From Octopus sinensis (Eukaryota), in NCBI RefSeq assembly GCF_006345805.1, contig NW_021833926.1, positions 1-52,618 on the forward strand: DNA of 52,618 nucleotides. The letters run 5' to 3'. The stretch's first letter is position 1. Each line of letters begins with the position of its first letter. Made by a program: the position numbers and the translations under genes. Of this stretch, positions 12,191 through 23,186 are shown piece by piece. Under the pieces are notes generated by a model that was not told the DNA's origin, did not search any database, and saw only the letters and a list, made by a program, of their open reading frames with translations.

Positions 12191-12331
12191 CTTTCTCTCT
12201 CACTTGCTCTCTCTCTCTCTCACTCTCTTTCTTACTGTTTCCCTCTCTCTGTCTCTGTCTCCCTCTTTTTTCTTTCTATACGTCTGTCTCTCTCTCTTTG
12301 TCTATCCCTCTCTCTCTCTCTTTGTCTACGC

Positions 12332-12371
<40 letters not shown>

Positions 12372-12672
12372 ATCTATCTATATATGTATCTTCCTCTTTC
12401 TCTCTCACTTTCTCTCTCTCTCATTCTCTCTCCGTTTCTCCCTCTCCGCCTGTTTCCCTGCTTTTCTTTCTATACGTCTGCCTCTCTCTCTCTCTCTCTC
12501 TCTCTGTCTATCCCTCTCTCTCTTTGTCTAACCCTCCCTCTCTCTCCCTCTCCCGTTCTCTCTCTTTGTCTACTCCGCTCTCTGTTTCTCTTTCTCTCTC
12601 TGTCTATATCTCTTTCTCTCTCTCTCTTCCTCTCTTTCCCTCTCTCTCCTTTTATCTCTCTAACTCTCTCTC

Positions 12673-12707
<35 letters not shown>

Positions 12708-12890
12708 TTATTTCTGTCTAGCCCTCTCTCATTCTCTCTCACTCTCCCTCTGTCTTTCTCTCTCTCTCTTTCTCTATATGTGTGCGTATCTCTCACTCTT
12801 TCTCTCTTTCCCTCTCGCTCTTCTCTCTCTCCCTCCTCTCCCCCTCTCCCCCTCTCCCTCTCCTCTCTCTCTCTCTCTCTCTGTCCTTCA
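12100..12890. repeat. (CT)n-rich polypyrimidine tract
   Basis: Direct reading; a similar tract with a (TA)n core lies at 16020-16700. Confidence 0.95.
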
Positions 12891-13324
12891 TTTTTTTCTC
12901 TATTCATACTCTTTGTTTTACAGAAGGTGTTATGGAATAATGTCAAGTACGTATTTTATTTCATCGTGAAATGTTTTCCTTCTACTTCGTATATTTCTGT
13001 TACCTTTCATTGTTATTTAAACAGGTGTCAGATGGTTACATACAGAAATTACAATTAATCATTCATTTCTCAGGTATGAATCAAAGTTCCTTTCTTCATT
13101 TCATATATATCCCTCAATAATCTCATTTCCCCTTTTCCAAAATTGCATGCGCATATAAGATGAATCATATTGAATCTTAGACAAATGCTGTCAGTTATGG
13201 TTATCCTAAACAGAAAAGCCCTATTCCTTATATAACCACCATACAATGAGCGAGCAATTCTTCTTTCTCAGAATTCTGGAATTTTCTCCAGGAATTTTTT
13301 TCCTGCAACTGTTAACTGTATAAC

Positions 13325-13505
13325 TGGCATTTCGTCGGTTACGACGATGGTTTCAGTTGATCCCATCAATGGAACAGCCTGCTCGAGAAATTAACATACA
13401 AGTGGCTGAGCGCTCCACAGACACATGTATCCTTAACGTAGTTCTCAAGGAGATTCAGCGTGACACAGAATGTGACAAAGCTGGCCCTTTGAATTACAGG
13501 TGCAA
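13325..13505 (-). mobile_element. SINE family B 3' tail fragment
   Basis: Reverse complement of the tail at 17145-17320 (gggccagccttgtc...gagaactacgttaag...cgtcgtaaccgacg). Confidence 0.8.
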
Positions 13506-13694
13506 CTCAGTTTTGCCACCTGCAACAACGTCAGCTAAGGTGTCTTGCTCGAGTGGTATTCAGAACACACACATATACACAATACTCTGTAAGTTACAGT
13601 AAATTTTTAAGATACTTTTCTATCTATTAAACCAAAAGCTGAATATTTTCCAAACAATAAAAATATTGTTGCTTGTTTCTTCTCGAACCATGCC

Positions 13695-13966
13695 TGGCTC
13701 AAAAGGGGGCGGTTTCCCGGTTCCATTGGCGTATAGGTTCCCAACCTGAACGGGAGGCCAGTCCGTTGCAGGCGAACTGCTAAATGCAGAAGGGAAGAAT
13801 GAGAGGAAGTTGGAGCGAAAGAGCTCGCAGAAGTTCGCCATTACCTTCGGCCGGAGCCGCGTGGAGCTTCGGTGTTTCGCCCATAAACACACACATCGCC
13901 CGGTCTGAGATTCGAACTCACAATCCCTTGACCGCTGCTCTAATCACTAGGCCATGTGCCTCCACA
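13695..13966 (-). mobile_element. tRNA-derived SINE with ggaggcacatggcc head
   Basis: Colinear with 15545-15835; A-box-like tggcctagtgattag and B-box-like gagttcgaatc on the minus strand. Confidence 0.8.
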
Positions 13967-14334
13967 TAAAATAATTGTAGTTTACTTGAATCAAGAACTA
14001 ATTTAGGTTCTTGTTACCACAGGAAAGGTAGAAGTAATTCCAAGAAGACATACTGCTTTCAGTTTTTCATTCTATGAGGTCTAAAATCCTGTTGGAGTTA
14101 TAGGAAGGCCTTCGTGATATATGTGTCTTGGACAAGTAAGACAGATAACACCCATTCTTCTCCAGGTCTAACCATAGTCGATTTCTCAAAGAAGGAAAAA
14201 TCTAGTACTGGAAGTGCTGGATTATTACTTAATTTATCGACACGAAGGGACGAAGAGCAGTGTTGACTTCGATGAAATTTGAAATCGGAACACAAAGAAT
14301 AACGAAAGGTATTCCATCCCACACATTAACAATT

Positions 14335-14955
14335 ATTTTCTACTAAAGGTACAAGGCTTGAAATTTGTGGGGAGGGGACTAATCGATGACATCGACCCCA
14401 ATACGCAAATGGTACTTAGTTTATCGATACCGAATGGATGAAAGGTAAAGTCAACCTCGGTGGAATTTGAACTCAGAACGTAGTGGCAGACGAAATACGG
14501 CTACACATTTCGCCCAGTGTGCTAACGTCTCTTATTTCTTTATTGCCCACAAGGGGCTAAACATAGAAGGGACAAACGAGGACAGACAAATGGATTAAGT
14601 CGATTACATCGACTCCAGTGCGTAACTGGTACTTAATTTATCGACCCTGAAAGGATGAAAGGCAAAGTCGACCTCGACGGAATTTGGACTCGGAACCTAA
14701 AGACGAACGAAATGCCTATTTCTTTACTACCCACAAGGGGCTAAACACAGAGGGGACAAACAAGGACAGACAAACGGATTAAGTCGATTACATTTACATT
14801 GACCCCAGTGCGTAAGTGGTACTTATTTTAATCGACCCCGAAAGGATGACAGGCAAAGTCGACCTCGGTGGAATTTGAACTCAGAACGTAGCGGCAGACG
14901 AAATACCGCTAAGCATTTCGCCCGATGTGCTAACGTCTCTACCAGCTCGCCGCCT
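14335..14955 (-). mobile_element. SINE family A with tandemly iterated internal modules
   Basis: Head at 14900-14955 (reverse complement of ggcggcgagctggtagagacgttagcac), followed by three cores; module junctions near 14718 and 14532. Confidence 0.9.
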
Positions 14956-14967
14956 TTATGATATTAT

Positions 14968-15210
14968 GAAGGCGCGTGGCTCAGTGATTAGAGCATCTGG
15001 CTCACAATCAGGAGATAGTAAATTCGTTTCCCAGACCGGGCGGTGTTCTTGAGCAAGACACTTCATTTCACTTTGCTCCAGTTCACTCAGCTGTAGAAAT
15101 GAGATGCGATGTCACTCACTGGTGCCAAGCTGTGTCAGTATTTGCCTTTGCCTTGGATAACATCGGTTGCGCGGACAGAGGAGGTTGGTATGCATGGGCG
15201 AACGAAGGCA
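14968..15210 (+). mobile_element. tRNA-derived CORE-like SINE family B, tail type 1
   Basis: gaaggcgcgtggctcagtgattagag head and tgttcttgagcaagacactt CORE-like block. Confidence 0.8.
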
Positions 15211-15544
15211 GCAAGCAGGCAGAATCGTTACCATACTGTAAAAAAATTACTTAGCGATATTTCGTCCGTCTTTACGTTCTGCGTTCAAATACCATCGGGG
15301 TCGATTTGGCCTCTCATCCTTTTCGGCTCGATGAAACCGACTTACTAATTCCTCACCCAGAAATTGCTGGCCTTGTGCCAAAATTAGAAAGCAATATTAA
15401 TCATAATATATTTACTACATGATGTAAATTAGTTCTTCACTTGAGAAAATTAAGAACACTGGCTATTATGTAGTCGTATATATACCTAAAAAAGCAAGAT
15501 GATCACGGCGGTAAAACCACCTTTGATTAGTTTTGCTTGGTTTG

Positions 15545-15835
15545 TTTGTTCGTTCTCGAGCCATGCCTGGCTCATAAGGGCCGGTTTCCCGGCGTATAGG
15601 TTCCCCACCTGGACGGGACGCTGGTCCGTCGCAGGTGAGCTGCAAGATGAAAGAGTGAGAGAAAGTTGTGGCGAAAGAGTCCGAAGAAGTTCGCCATTAC
15701 CTTCTGCCGGAGCAGAAGGTGTTTTCGCTTAGGTGTTTTCGCTCATAAACACACACATCGCCCGGTCTGAGATTCGAACCCGCGATCCCTCAACCGCGAG
15801 TCCGCTGCGCTAACCACAGGGCCATGTGCCTCCAC
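15545..15835 (-). mobile_element. tRNA-derived SINE with ggaggcacatggcc head
   Basis: Minus strand ggaggcacatggccctgtggttagcgcagcggactcgcgg...gggttcgaatc; colinear with 13695-13966. Confidence 0.85.
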
Positions 15836-16365
15836 AGTTTTGTTTGGTCACAGTTGATGTCATGTTTAAACAACAACTCTGGTGAATCTTAGATAATATA
15901 TAATATAGTCAGGCCTTCCTCATGTATTGAAAGCTTAAATAGTTTTTAAGTTATCAGTAATGTATTTCAAATGATCCACTCGGCACAGATACAAATTCGC
16001 TTTCCCCCTCTACCTCTCCCTTATGTCATTCCTCTTTCGTCTCTTTTCTCTTCCTGTTTACACTTTCTCTCTCTCCCTCTCTCTCCATCACCCGGTATTT
16101 TTCTCCCTCACATTCTTTTTCTATTCTTCAACCCTCCCCTCTCTCTCTCTCTCTCCCTCTCTCTCTTATCTTTTCTCTTTCTCTCTCAACAACTCACTCT
16201 CTGCCTCATTTTTCTCACCCTTTCAAGACCTCTCCTTCCATTTTTATCTTTCTCTCCCTCTTTTCTCTATCTCGCCCTACACCTCTCTTTCATCCTTTCT
16301 CTATCTGTCCCTAAACTTCTCTCTCTCTCTCCCCCATTCTCTTTCGATATATATATATATATATT

Positions 16366-16434
<69 letters not shown>

Positions 16435-16540
16435 TTCCCCATCTTTTACCTTGCTTTCTCAATCTTCCATCATGTTTATCTCCCTTCTTTTCTACGTTTA
16501 TTCTTGTCACTTAATCTCCCATATTTCCCTGTCTCCACCC

Positions 16541-16573
<33 letters not shown>

Positions 16574-16605
16574 ACACTCTCTCTCTCTTCCGCTCTTTCT
16601 CCCTG

Positions 16606-16636
<31 letters not shown>

Positions 16637-17007
16637 CCGCTCTTTCTCCCTGCTATCTCTCTCTACTTTTACTTTCTCTCCTTAATCTACTCTGACCGTC
16701 CCCATTTTCTCATTCTCTTCGCCATAACCTAACATGATTCTAACGAAATAACTAGGTCTTCTGTTCAACCTAGTTCTACATCACTCAAAGCCCGACAATA
16801 TTTTACGCCGTTCTGCCTTCCTCATTGAACAATTAAATAGCCAGCTTGTCTGGCAGTTCAAATTCAATTTATTCCTTGTAGTCATTCCTTTTCTTTTTTG
16901 TTTTCAGTGCATTACTTTTTTTATTTATACGGATAATCATGTTTTGTGCGTGTGTATATCTGCACGCACACACATGTATGTGTGTGTGTATGTGTGTGAA
17001 TGTGTGT

Positions 17008-17320
17008 GAAGGCGCGTGGCTTAGTAGTTAGGGTATTCGGCTCACAATCGTGAGTTTGATTCCCGGCGGCGGATTGTGTTTTGAGTAAGACACTATATTT
17101 CGCGCTGCTCCAGGACATACATCTGGCAAAATTGAGTAGTACCTGTATTTCAATGGGCCAGCCTTGTCAGATTCTGTGTCACTATGAATGTACCTGAGAA
17201 CTATGTTAAGAGTACGCATGTCTGTGGAATGCTCAACCACTTGCACGTTAATTTCACGAGCAAGCTGTTCCGCTGATCAACTCAACTGGAACCCACGTCG
17301 TCGTGACTGACGGAGTGCCA
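17008..17320 (+). mobile_element. SINE family B, tail type 2
   Basis: Colinear with 37334-37651, 42377-42704 and 24420-24756 (minus). Confidence 0.85.
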
Positions 17321-17337
17321 GTTATTATATATATATA

Positions 17338-17534
17338 TCATTCGCCATGATAGATCGCTAGCCACTACACGTTTTTGTTTTCTCTCCCTGTTTATTTCTG
17401 TGTTCCTTTCTCTCGAAGAGCGTAGGCTCGAAACGTAAAAGACTTTCTCACTTCTCGAGCGTTAAACCAATACATCTGTTTTTTGTTTACACACCCGTCT
17501 TCGTTTTTTGGGGTTTTTTTGTGAATTCTCACTT
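17338..17534 (+). mobile_element. Short (TA)n-embedded element, probable PLE pLTR/3' end carrying a hammerhead-like motif
   Basis: Bounded by (TA)n on both sides; contains cttt-ctctcgaa-gagc-gtag-gctc-gaaacgta-aaag. Confidence 0.55.
17406..17441 (+). ncRNA. Degenerate minimal type I hammerhead-like motif
   Basis: Stem I CUUU/AAAG, stem II GAGC/GCUC with a GUAG loop, GAAA, palindromic ACGU stem III and GUA triplet. The core reads CUCUCGA(A) instead of CUGANGA, so this copy is probably inactive. Confidence 0.45.
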
Positions 17535-17738
17535 TATATATATATATATATATATATATAGATAAGAAAGTTTGTTTGGTAAAGCACGTGGGTGAATATA
17601 TAAGAAAATAGTAAAGTGTGAAAAAACGACAGAAGGCTTAAATGTTAAAAAATATATATATTTGTGTCAAAATGTCTGGAGAATATTGGAAAAATTTTTT
17701 TTCCTTTCCTTAAAATGACATAATTTAAAAAATTTTTA

Positions 17739-17778
17739 AAGAAATTACCGGTTTCGCGTGTAGCTTTTCAAATTTCTT
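17739..17778 (-). ncRNA. Minimal type I hammerhead ribozyme (U3:A8 variant) in the PLE 3' UTR
   Basis: Minus strand AAGAAAU-UUGAAAA-GC(UACAC)GC-GAAA-CCGG-UA-AUUUCUU: 7-bp stem I, 2-bp stem II, palindromic ACCGGU stem III, GUA triplet. Confidence 0.75.
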
Positions 17779-17972
17779 GTGACGTTATGTTATATTGCAT
17801 GGAATTATCGTTGTTTTTATTTCCAGGAGATTTCTAAATAAGGGGAGGTAGTGAGTGATTTTCCGGTGTAGGGGAGATAATCGCTTAAAAATTTTTTTTT
17901 TTTTTTTTCCCTTTTCCTTGTTAATTTCTCTGTGTCAGTATGTTCGGATGGTTGAGTCTGGGTTTGTACTTT

Positions 17973-18716
17973 TCAATGAAGAATGTTTCCTTGTTCAGTC
18001 TCATTTGTGTTGATGATCCGAAAGCACATTGGTAAAATGGGAAGAATTAAAAATTGTGGCAGTAGTTGCTTTGCGCATTTCTCAATGTGCTCACTAAAAG
18101 GTATCATTCTATATTCTGGGAATGCAATCTGTTGTCGATGCAGTGTGCATCTGCGCCTGAGTGATAGTCCCGTGGAACCCACGTAGTCTTGGTGGCAGCC
18201 CGAGCATTTAATAACATAAATTATGTTTTCAGAGGCACAAGTAAAGTTAGATTTGATCTTAAATTTCTGTCCCTCTTTAAAGAAGAATTCTGATCCTTCC
18301 AATAGGTTAGGACATGTTGCACAGTTCGATCTACCACATTTTTTTACTTTTGCATCCGTAATTTTAGAAGACAATTTTGCCTTTGTGAGAATCTTTTTAA
18401 GTGATTTAGGCTGTTTGTAGCTTTTAATGATTTGGTGTATGTTTAGAATTTCCTTTAATTTTGGGTTTTTATGAAGTATTGGTAAATTCTGGGTGATGAT
18501 GGTGAAGGCTTCTTTGTTTCTGGGGTTGTATGTAGATATGTAAGGTAGTATTTTCGGGGAAGGTGTGTTGTTGTGTTGAACTTTTCTTAAAGTTTCTATG
18601 TTGATTTCTGTTGCACGTCTGATCCCATCCTCTATGAGTTGAGCTGGGTAATGTCTGTCAATTAGGGTGTTTTTGAGTTCTTGCAGTCTAAAGTTCCTGG
18701 TATTTTGTTCTGACAC
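17973..18716 (-). pseudogene. PLE thumb, Cys-rich linker and GIY-YIG endonuclease (left copy)
   Basis: KCGRSNCATC linker; IIYVIKC...DYVGST...RRRCTLH GIY-YIG motifs; frameshifted at both ends relative to the right copy. Confidence 0.9.
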
Positions 18717-20232
18717 TATTGTGCATATCCTTCTTGCAAGGTTGAAGGGGATGTTTGTTTTAGTGTGTCTTGGGTGGCATGAATTAAAAGAAGGTATTGT
18801 TTGGCGTCTGTGGCTTTGTAAAAAATGTCTGTTTCTATTTTAAGGTTAATTTTTTTAATTAGTATATCCAAGAACGGGAGCTCCTTTTGGTTGTATTCCA
18901 TTGTGAACTGTATATTTGGGTTTATGCTGTTCAATAGGTTTTTAAATTTTAGGAGTTTATCTATGTTTCCATTCCAGAGAATGAAACAATCGTCTAGGAA
19001 TCGTTTCCAATTCTCTTTTATGTATTGAGAGAGGGAGTTTCCAAAGATTGATAGAGATTCCTGGTAAATGATTATTTCCATGTATCCCATTGTTAAGTTC
19101 GCAATGACTGGTGCTGCCCTTGTACCCATAGCAATTCCGGATTTTTGACGGTAAAATGTATTGTCAAACATGAAGTGGTTATTGTGTAGGATGAATTCAA
19201 TTGATTTAGTAATGAATTCCTTACTGATCCTTTTTGGTATTTCTTCCGGAAATTGGTCTAACCAGAATTGTATTGCCTCCAGTCCATAATTATGAGGAAT
19301 ACTGGTACAAGTTGACTACATCAAATGAAACCAGGATTGTTTCTTCCTTGGTTTTTTTTGGGAGGTGGTTTAACATATCTAAGTCATCTCTGATATGGCT
19401 ATCGATATGTTTAAGGAAGGGTTTCAAGAGGATGTCCATAAGTAGACTTAGTCTGTGTGTTTCACAGGGGGCCAGCTACAATGGGTCGTAGTTTTAGGTC
19501 CCCCGGATTAGGTGTGTGTATGTATGTCTTTGGTGATTTTTTAATGGTTTCATTTATAATTTGACTTTTATGAATTTTTGGCAGACCATAGAAAAGGCTA
19601 GGTTTGCATTTAAAGTTTGTTAGGAAATCAATCTCTTTGGTTGTCAGTTCCTTTTCATGGGTTTTAATTAGTGAAGATAGAGTTTTCATTATTTTTTGTG
19701 GGGTGTAGTTGGTAATTTTTTCATAATGTAGGTCTTCATCAAGCAAGGAAATTACAAGATTTCTGTAGTATGATGTATCCATTATTACAACTGCATTTCC
19801 CTTCCTTAATGGTTATATCTTCATCATTTTGGAGTTCTATCAGTTCTTTCCATTGTGTAGTGTTAAAATTTGGGTTAGCTTTCTGTTTATGTATAGTATG
19901 GTAGGGGAAGTTCTCAATGTGGTTACAGAATTCGTCAAGATCTTTATTTCTTCCTCTGTGTGGGATGTGTTCACTTTTGTTCTTGACTAGTGATTCATCT
20001 TCAGTATTGAAACTGTTTGATGCTTCTGCTAGTCTTAATTTTCTGCAAAATTCTGTTATATTATCCTTGAGTTCATTTAGGTTTGCTCTGCGTGGAGTTG
20101 GTGTAAATTTGAGCCCTTTTGCGAGGATGTCAATTTTTATGTTAGAAAGAGGTTTGGTTGAAAGATTGATTATCTTCGGTTTTTCCTTATTACTAGGTTC
20201 CAGCCTGTGTCCTGGTGTCCCTGGTCCCTGGC
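18716..20232 (-). pseudogene. PLE reverse transcriptase region (left copy, frameshifted)
   Basis: LAKGLKFTPTP, FYGLPKIHK, LRPIVAGP, GIAMGTRAAPVIANL and WKRFLDD motifs are spread over several frames. Confidence 0.9.
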
Positions 20233-21485
20233 TAAAAAATGTTGGGTGTAATTTTGTTTGTATGAGTTGTCTGTGAGGTTGTGTGGTATTTGGTCGGGGG
20301 AGTGGTGGTATTGTTGCCTCCGATCGTTGTGTGTGTGGGGGAATCTATGGTTGTTAATGCTTGTGGTTGTGTAAAATTTCTGTATGGGGAATATTTTTGT
20401 TTCGAACTTCTTGTATGTGGGATGTTGCTTGACATAGTGTTTCTTTGCGTTTGTCTTGTGTTTAGTGGGGACCAGTAGTTTTGGTTCATAGGGTAGTAGT
20501 GATTTGTGTGTGGTGTATTTCTTATCCTAGTGTCGTATTGTTCTGTATGGTGGTTGGGTCTGGTATTAACAACCATAGATTCCCCCACACACACAACGAT
20601 CGGAGGCAACAATACCACCACTCCCCCGACCAAATACCACACAACCTCACAGACAACTCATACAAACAAAATTACACCCAACATTTTTTAGCCAGGGACC
20701 AGGGACACCAGGACACAGGCTGGAACCTAGTAATAAGGAAAAACCGAAGATAATCAATCTTTCAACCAAACCTCTTTCTAACAAAAATTGACATCCTCGC
20801 AAAAGGGCTCAAATTTACACCAACTCCACGCAGAGCAAACCTAAATGAACTCAAGGATAATATAACAGAATTTTGCAGAAAATTAAGACTAGCAGAAGCA
20901 TCAAACAGTTTCAATACTGAAGATGAATCACTAGTCAAGAACAAAAGTGAACACATCCCACACAGAGGAAGAAATAAAGATCTTGACGAATTCTGTAACC
21001 ACATTGAGAACTTCCCCTACCATACTATACATAAACAGAAAGCTAACCCAATTTTAACACTACACAATGGAAAGAACTGATAGAACTCCAAAATGATGAA
21101 GATATAACCATTAAGAAGCGGACAAGGGAAATGCAGTTGTAATAATGGATACATCATACTACAGAAATCTTGTTGTAATTCCTTGCTTGATGAAGACCTA
21201 CATTATGAAAAAATTACCAACTACCACCCCACAAAAATAATGAAAACTCTATCTTCACTAATAAAACCCATGAAAAGGACTGACAACCAAAGAGATTGAT
21301 TTCCTAACAAACTTTAAATGCAAACCTAGCCTTTTCTATGGTCTGCCAAAAATCATAAAAGTCAAATTATAAATGAAACCATTAAAAATCACCAAAGACA
21401 TACATACACACACCTAATCCGGGGGACCTAAAACTACGACCCATTGTAGCTGCCCCCCTGTGAAACACACAGACTAAGTCTACTT

Positions 21486-22706
21486 ATGGACATCCTCTTG
21501 AAACCCTTCCTTAAACATATCGATAGCCATATCAGAGATGACTTAGATATGTTAAACCACCTCCCAAAAAAAACCAAGGAAGAAACAATCCTGGTTTCAT
21601 TTGATGTAGTCAACTTGTATACCAGTATTCCTCATAATTATGGACTGGAGGCAATACAATTCTGGTTAGACCAATTTCCGGAAGAAATACCAAAAAGGAT
21701 CAGTAAGGAATTCATTACTAAATCAATTGAATTCATCCTACACAATAACCACTTCATGTTTGACAATACATTTTACCGTCAAAAATCCGGAATTGCTATG
21801 GGTACAAGGGCAGCACCAGTCATTGCGAACTTAACAATGGGATACATGGAAATAATCATTTACCAGGAATCTCTATCAATCTTTGGAAACTCCCTCTCTC
21901 AATACATAAAAGAGAATTGGAAACGATTCCTAGACGATTGTTTCATTCTCTGGAATGGAAACATAGATAAACTCCTAAAATTTAAAAACCTATTGAACAG
22001 CATAAACCCAAATATACAGTTCACAATGGAATACAACCAAAAGGAGCTCCCGTTCTTGGATATACTAATTAAAAAAATTAACCTTAAAATAGAAACAGAC
22101 ATTTTTTACAAAGCCACAGACGCGAAACAATACCTTCTTTTTAATTCATGCCACCCAAGACACACTAAAACAAACATCCCCTTCAACCTTGCAAGAAGGA
22201 TATGCACAATAGTGTCAGAACAAAATACCAGGAACTTTAGACTGCAAGAACTCAAAAACACCCTAATTGACAGACATTACCCAGCTCAACTCATAGAGGA
22301 TGGGATCAGACGTGCAACAGAAATCAACATAGAAACTTTAAGAAAAGTTCAACACAACAACACACCTTCCCCGAAAATACTACCTTACATATCTACATAC
22401 AACCCCAGAAACAAAGAAGCCTTCACCATCATCACCCAGAATTTACCAATACTTCATAAAAACCCAAAATTAAAGGAAATTCTAAACATACACCAAATCA
22501 TTAAAAGCTACAAACAGCCTAAATCACTTAAAAAGATTCTCACAAAGGCAAAATTGTCTTCTAAAATTACGGATGCAAAAGTAAAAAAATGTGGTAGATC
22601 GAACTGTGCAACATGTCCTAACCTATTGGAAGGATCAGAATTCTTCTTTAAAGAGGGACAGAATTTAAGATCAAATCTAACTTTACTTGTGCCTCTGAAA
22701 ACATAA
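21486..22706 (+). CDS. PLE reverse transcriptase core, thumb and Cys-rich linker (part of a longer frameshifted RT-EN ORF)
   Basis: SFDVVNLYTSIP, QKSGIAMGTRAAPVIANLTMG, WKRFLDDCFILW, LPFLDILI and KCGRSNCATC are PLE-type RT motifs. The last ~12 aa are out of frame because of a 1-nt deletion near 22660. Confidence 0.92.
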   Translation: MDILLKPFLKHIDSHIRDDLDMLNHLPKKTKEETILVSFDVVNLYTSIPHNYGLEAIQFWLDQFPEEIPKRISKEFITKSIEFILHNNHFMFDNTFYRQKSGIAMGTRAAPVIANLTMGYMEIIIYQESLSIFGNSLSQYIKENWKRFLDDCFILWNGNIDKLLKFKNLLNSINPNIQFTMEYNQKELPFLDILIKKINLKIETDIFYKATDAKQYLLFNSCHPRHTKTNIPFNLARRICTIVSEQNTRNFRLQELKNTLIDRHYPAQLIEDGIRRATEINIETLRKVQHNNTPSPKILPYISTYNPRNKEAFTIITQNLPILHKNPKLKEILNIHQIIKSYKQPKSLKKILTKAKLSSKITDAKVKKCGRSNCATCPNLLEGSEFFFKEGQNLRSNLTLLVPLKT

Positions 22707-23005
22707 TTTATGTTATTAAATGCTCGGGCTGCCACCAAGACTACGTGGGTTCCACGGGACTATCACTCAGGCGCAGATGCACACTGCATCGACAACAGAT
22801 TGCATTCCCAGAATATAGAATGATACCTTTTAGTGAGCACATTGAGAAATGCGCAAAGCAACTACTGCCACAATTTTTAATCTTCCCATTTTACCAATGT
22901 GCTTTCGGATCATCAACACAAATGAGACTGAACAAGGAAACATTCTTCATTGAAAAGTACAAACCCAGACTCAACCATCCGAACATACTGACACAGAGAA
23001 ATTAA
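22660..23005 (+). pseudogene. PLE GIY-YIG endonuclease (right copy)
   Basis: NIIYVIKCSGCHQDYVGSTGLSLRRRCTLHRQQI...EHIEKC...ETFFIEKYKPRLN; in frame with the RT if the left-copy base at ~22660 is restored. Confidence 0.88.
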
Positions 23006-23148
23006 CAAGGAAAAGGAAAAAAAAAAAAAAAAATTTTAAGCGATTATCTCCCCTACACCGGAAAAAATCACTCACTACCTCCCCTTATTTAGAAATCTCC
23101 TGGAAATAAAAACAACGATAATTCCATGCAATATAAACATAACGTCAC

Positions 23149-23186
23149 AAAATTTGAAAAGCTACACGCGAAACCGGTAATTTCTT
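23149..23186 (+). ncRNA. Hammerhead ribozyme motif, right-copy version (stem I shortened by a 2-nt deletion)
   Basis: aaaat-ttgaaaa-gctacacgc-gaaaccggta-atttc; predicted cleavage after A23179. Confidence 0.65.

Larger units (their letters stand above)
17561..20564 (-). mobile_element. Penelope-like retroelement, left copy (5'-truncated, 3' end in (TA)n)
   Basis: Frameshifted RT-linker-GIY-YIG ORF pieces 19462-19782, 18716-19171 and 17973-18716; reverse complement of 20565-23327 over 17596-20358. Confidence 0.95.

Noticed and set aside
14968-15040. tRNA-like sequences (also 15760-15835, 32328-32400, 34545-34620, 35265-35350)
   Set aside because: They have A/B boxes but no complete cloverleaf or acceptor stem, and they run into shared SINE bodies; these are SINE heads, not tRNA genes.
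20683-20690. U UUU UUA heptamer as a -1 frameshift site into the RT frame
   Set aside because: The required zero frame has an upstream stop and no Met in the longer left copy; only the +1 alternative is kept, at low interest.
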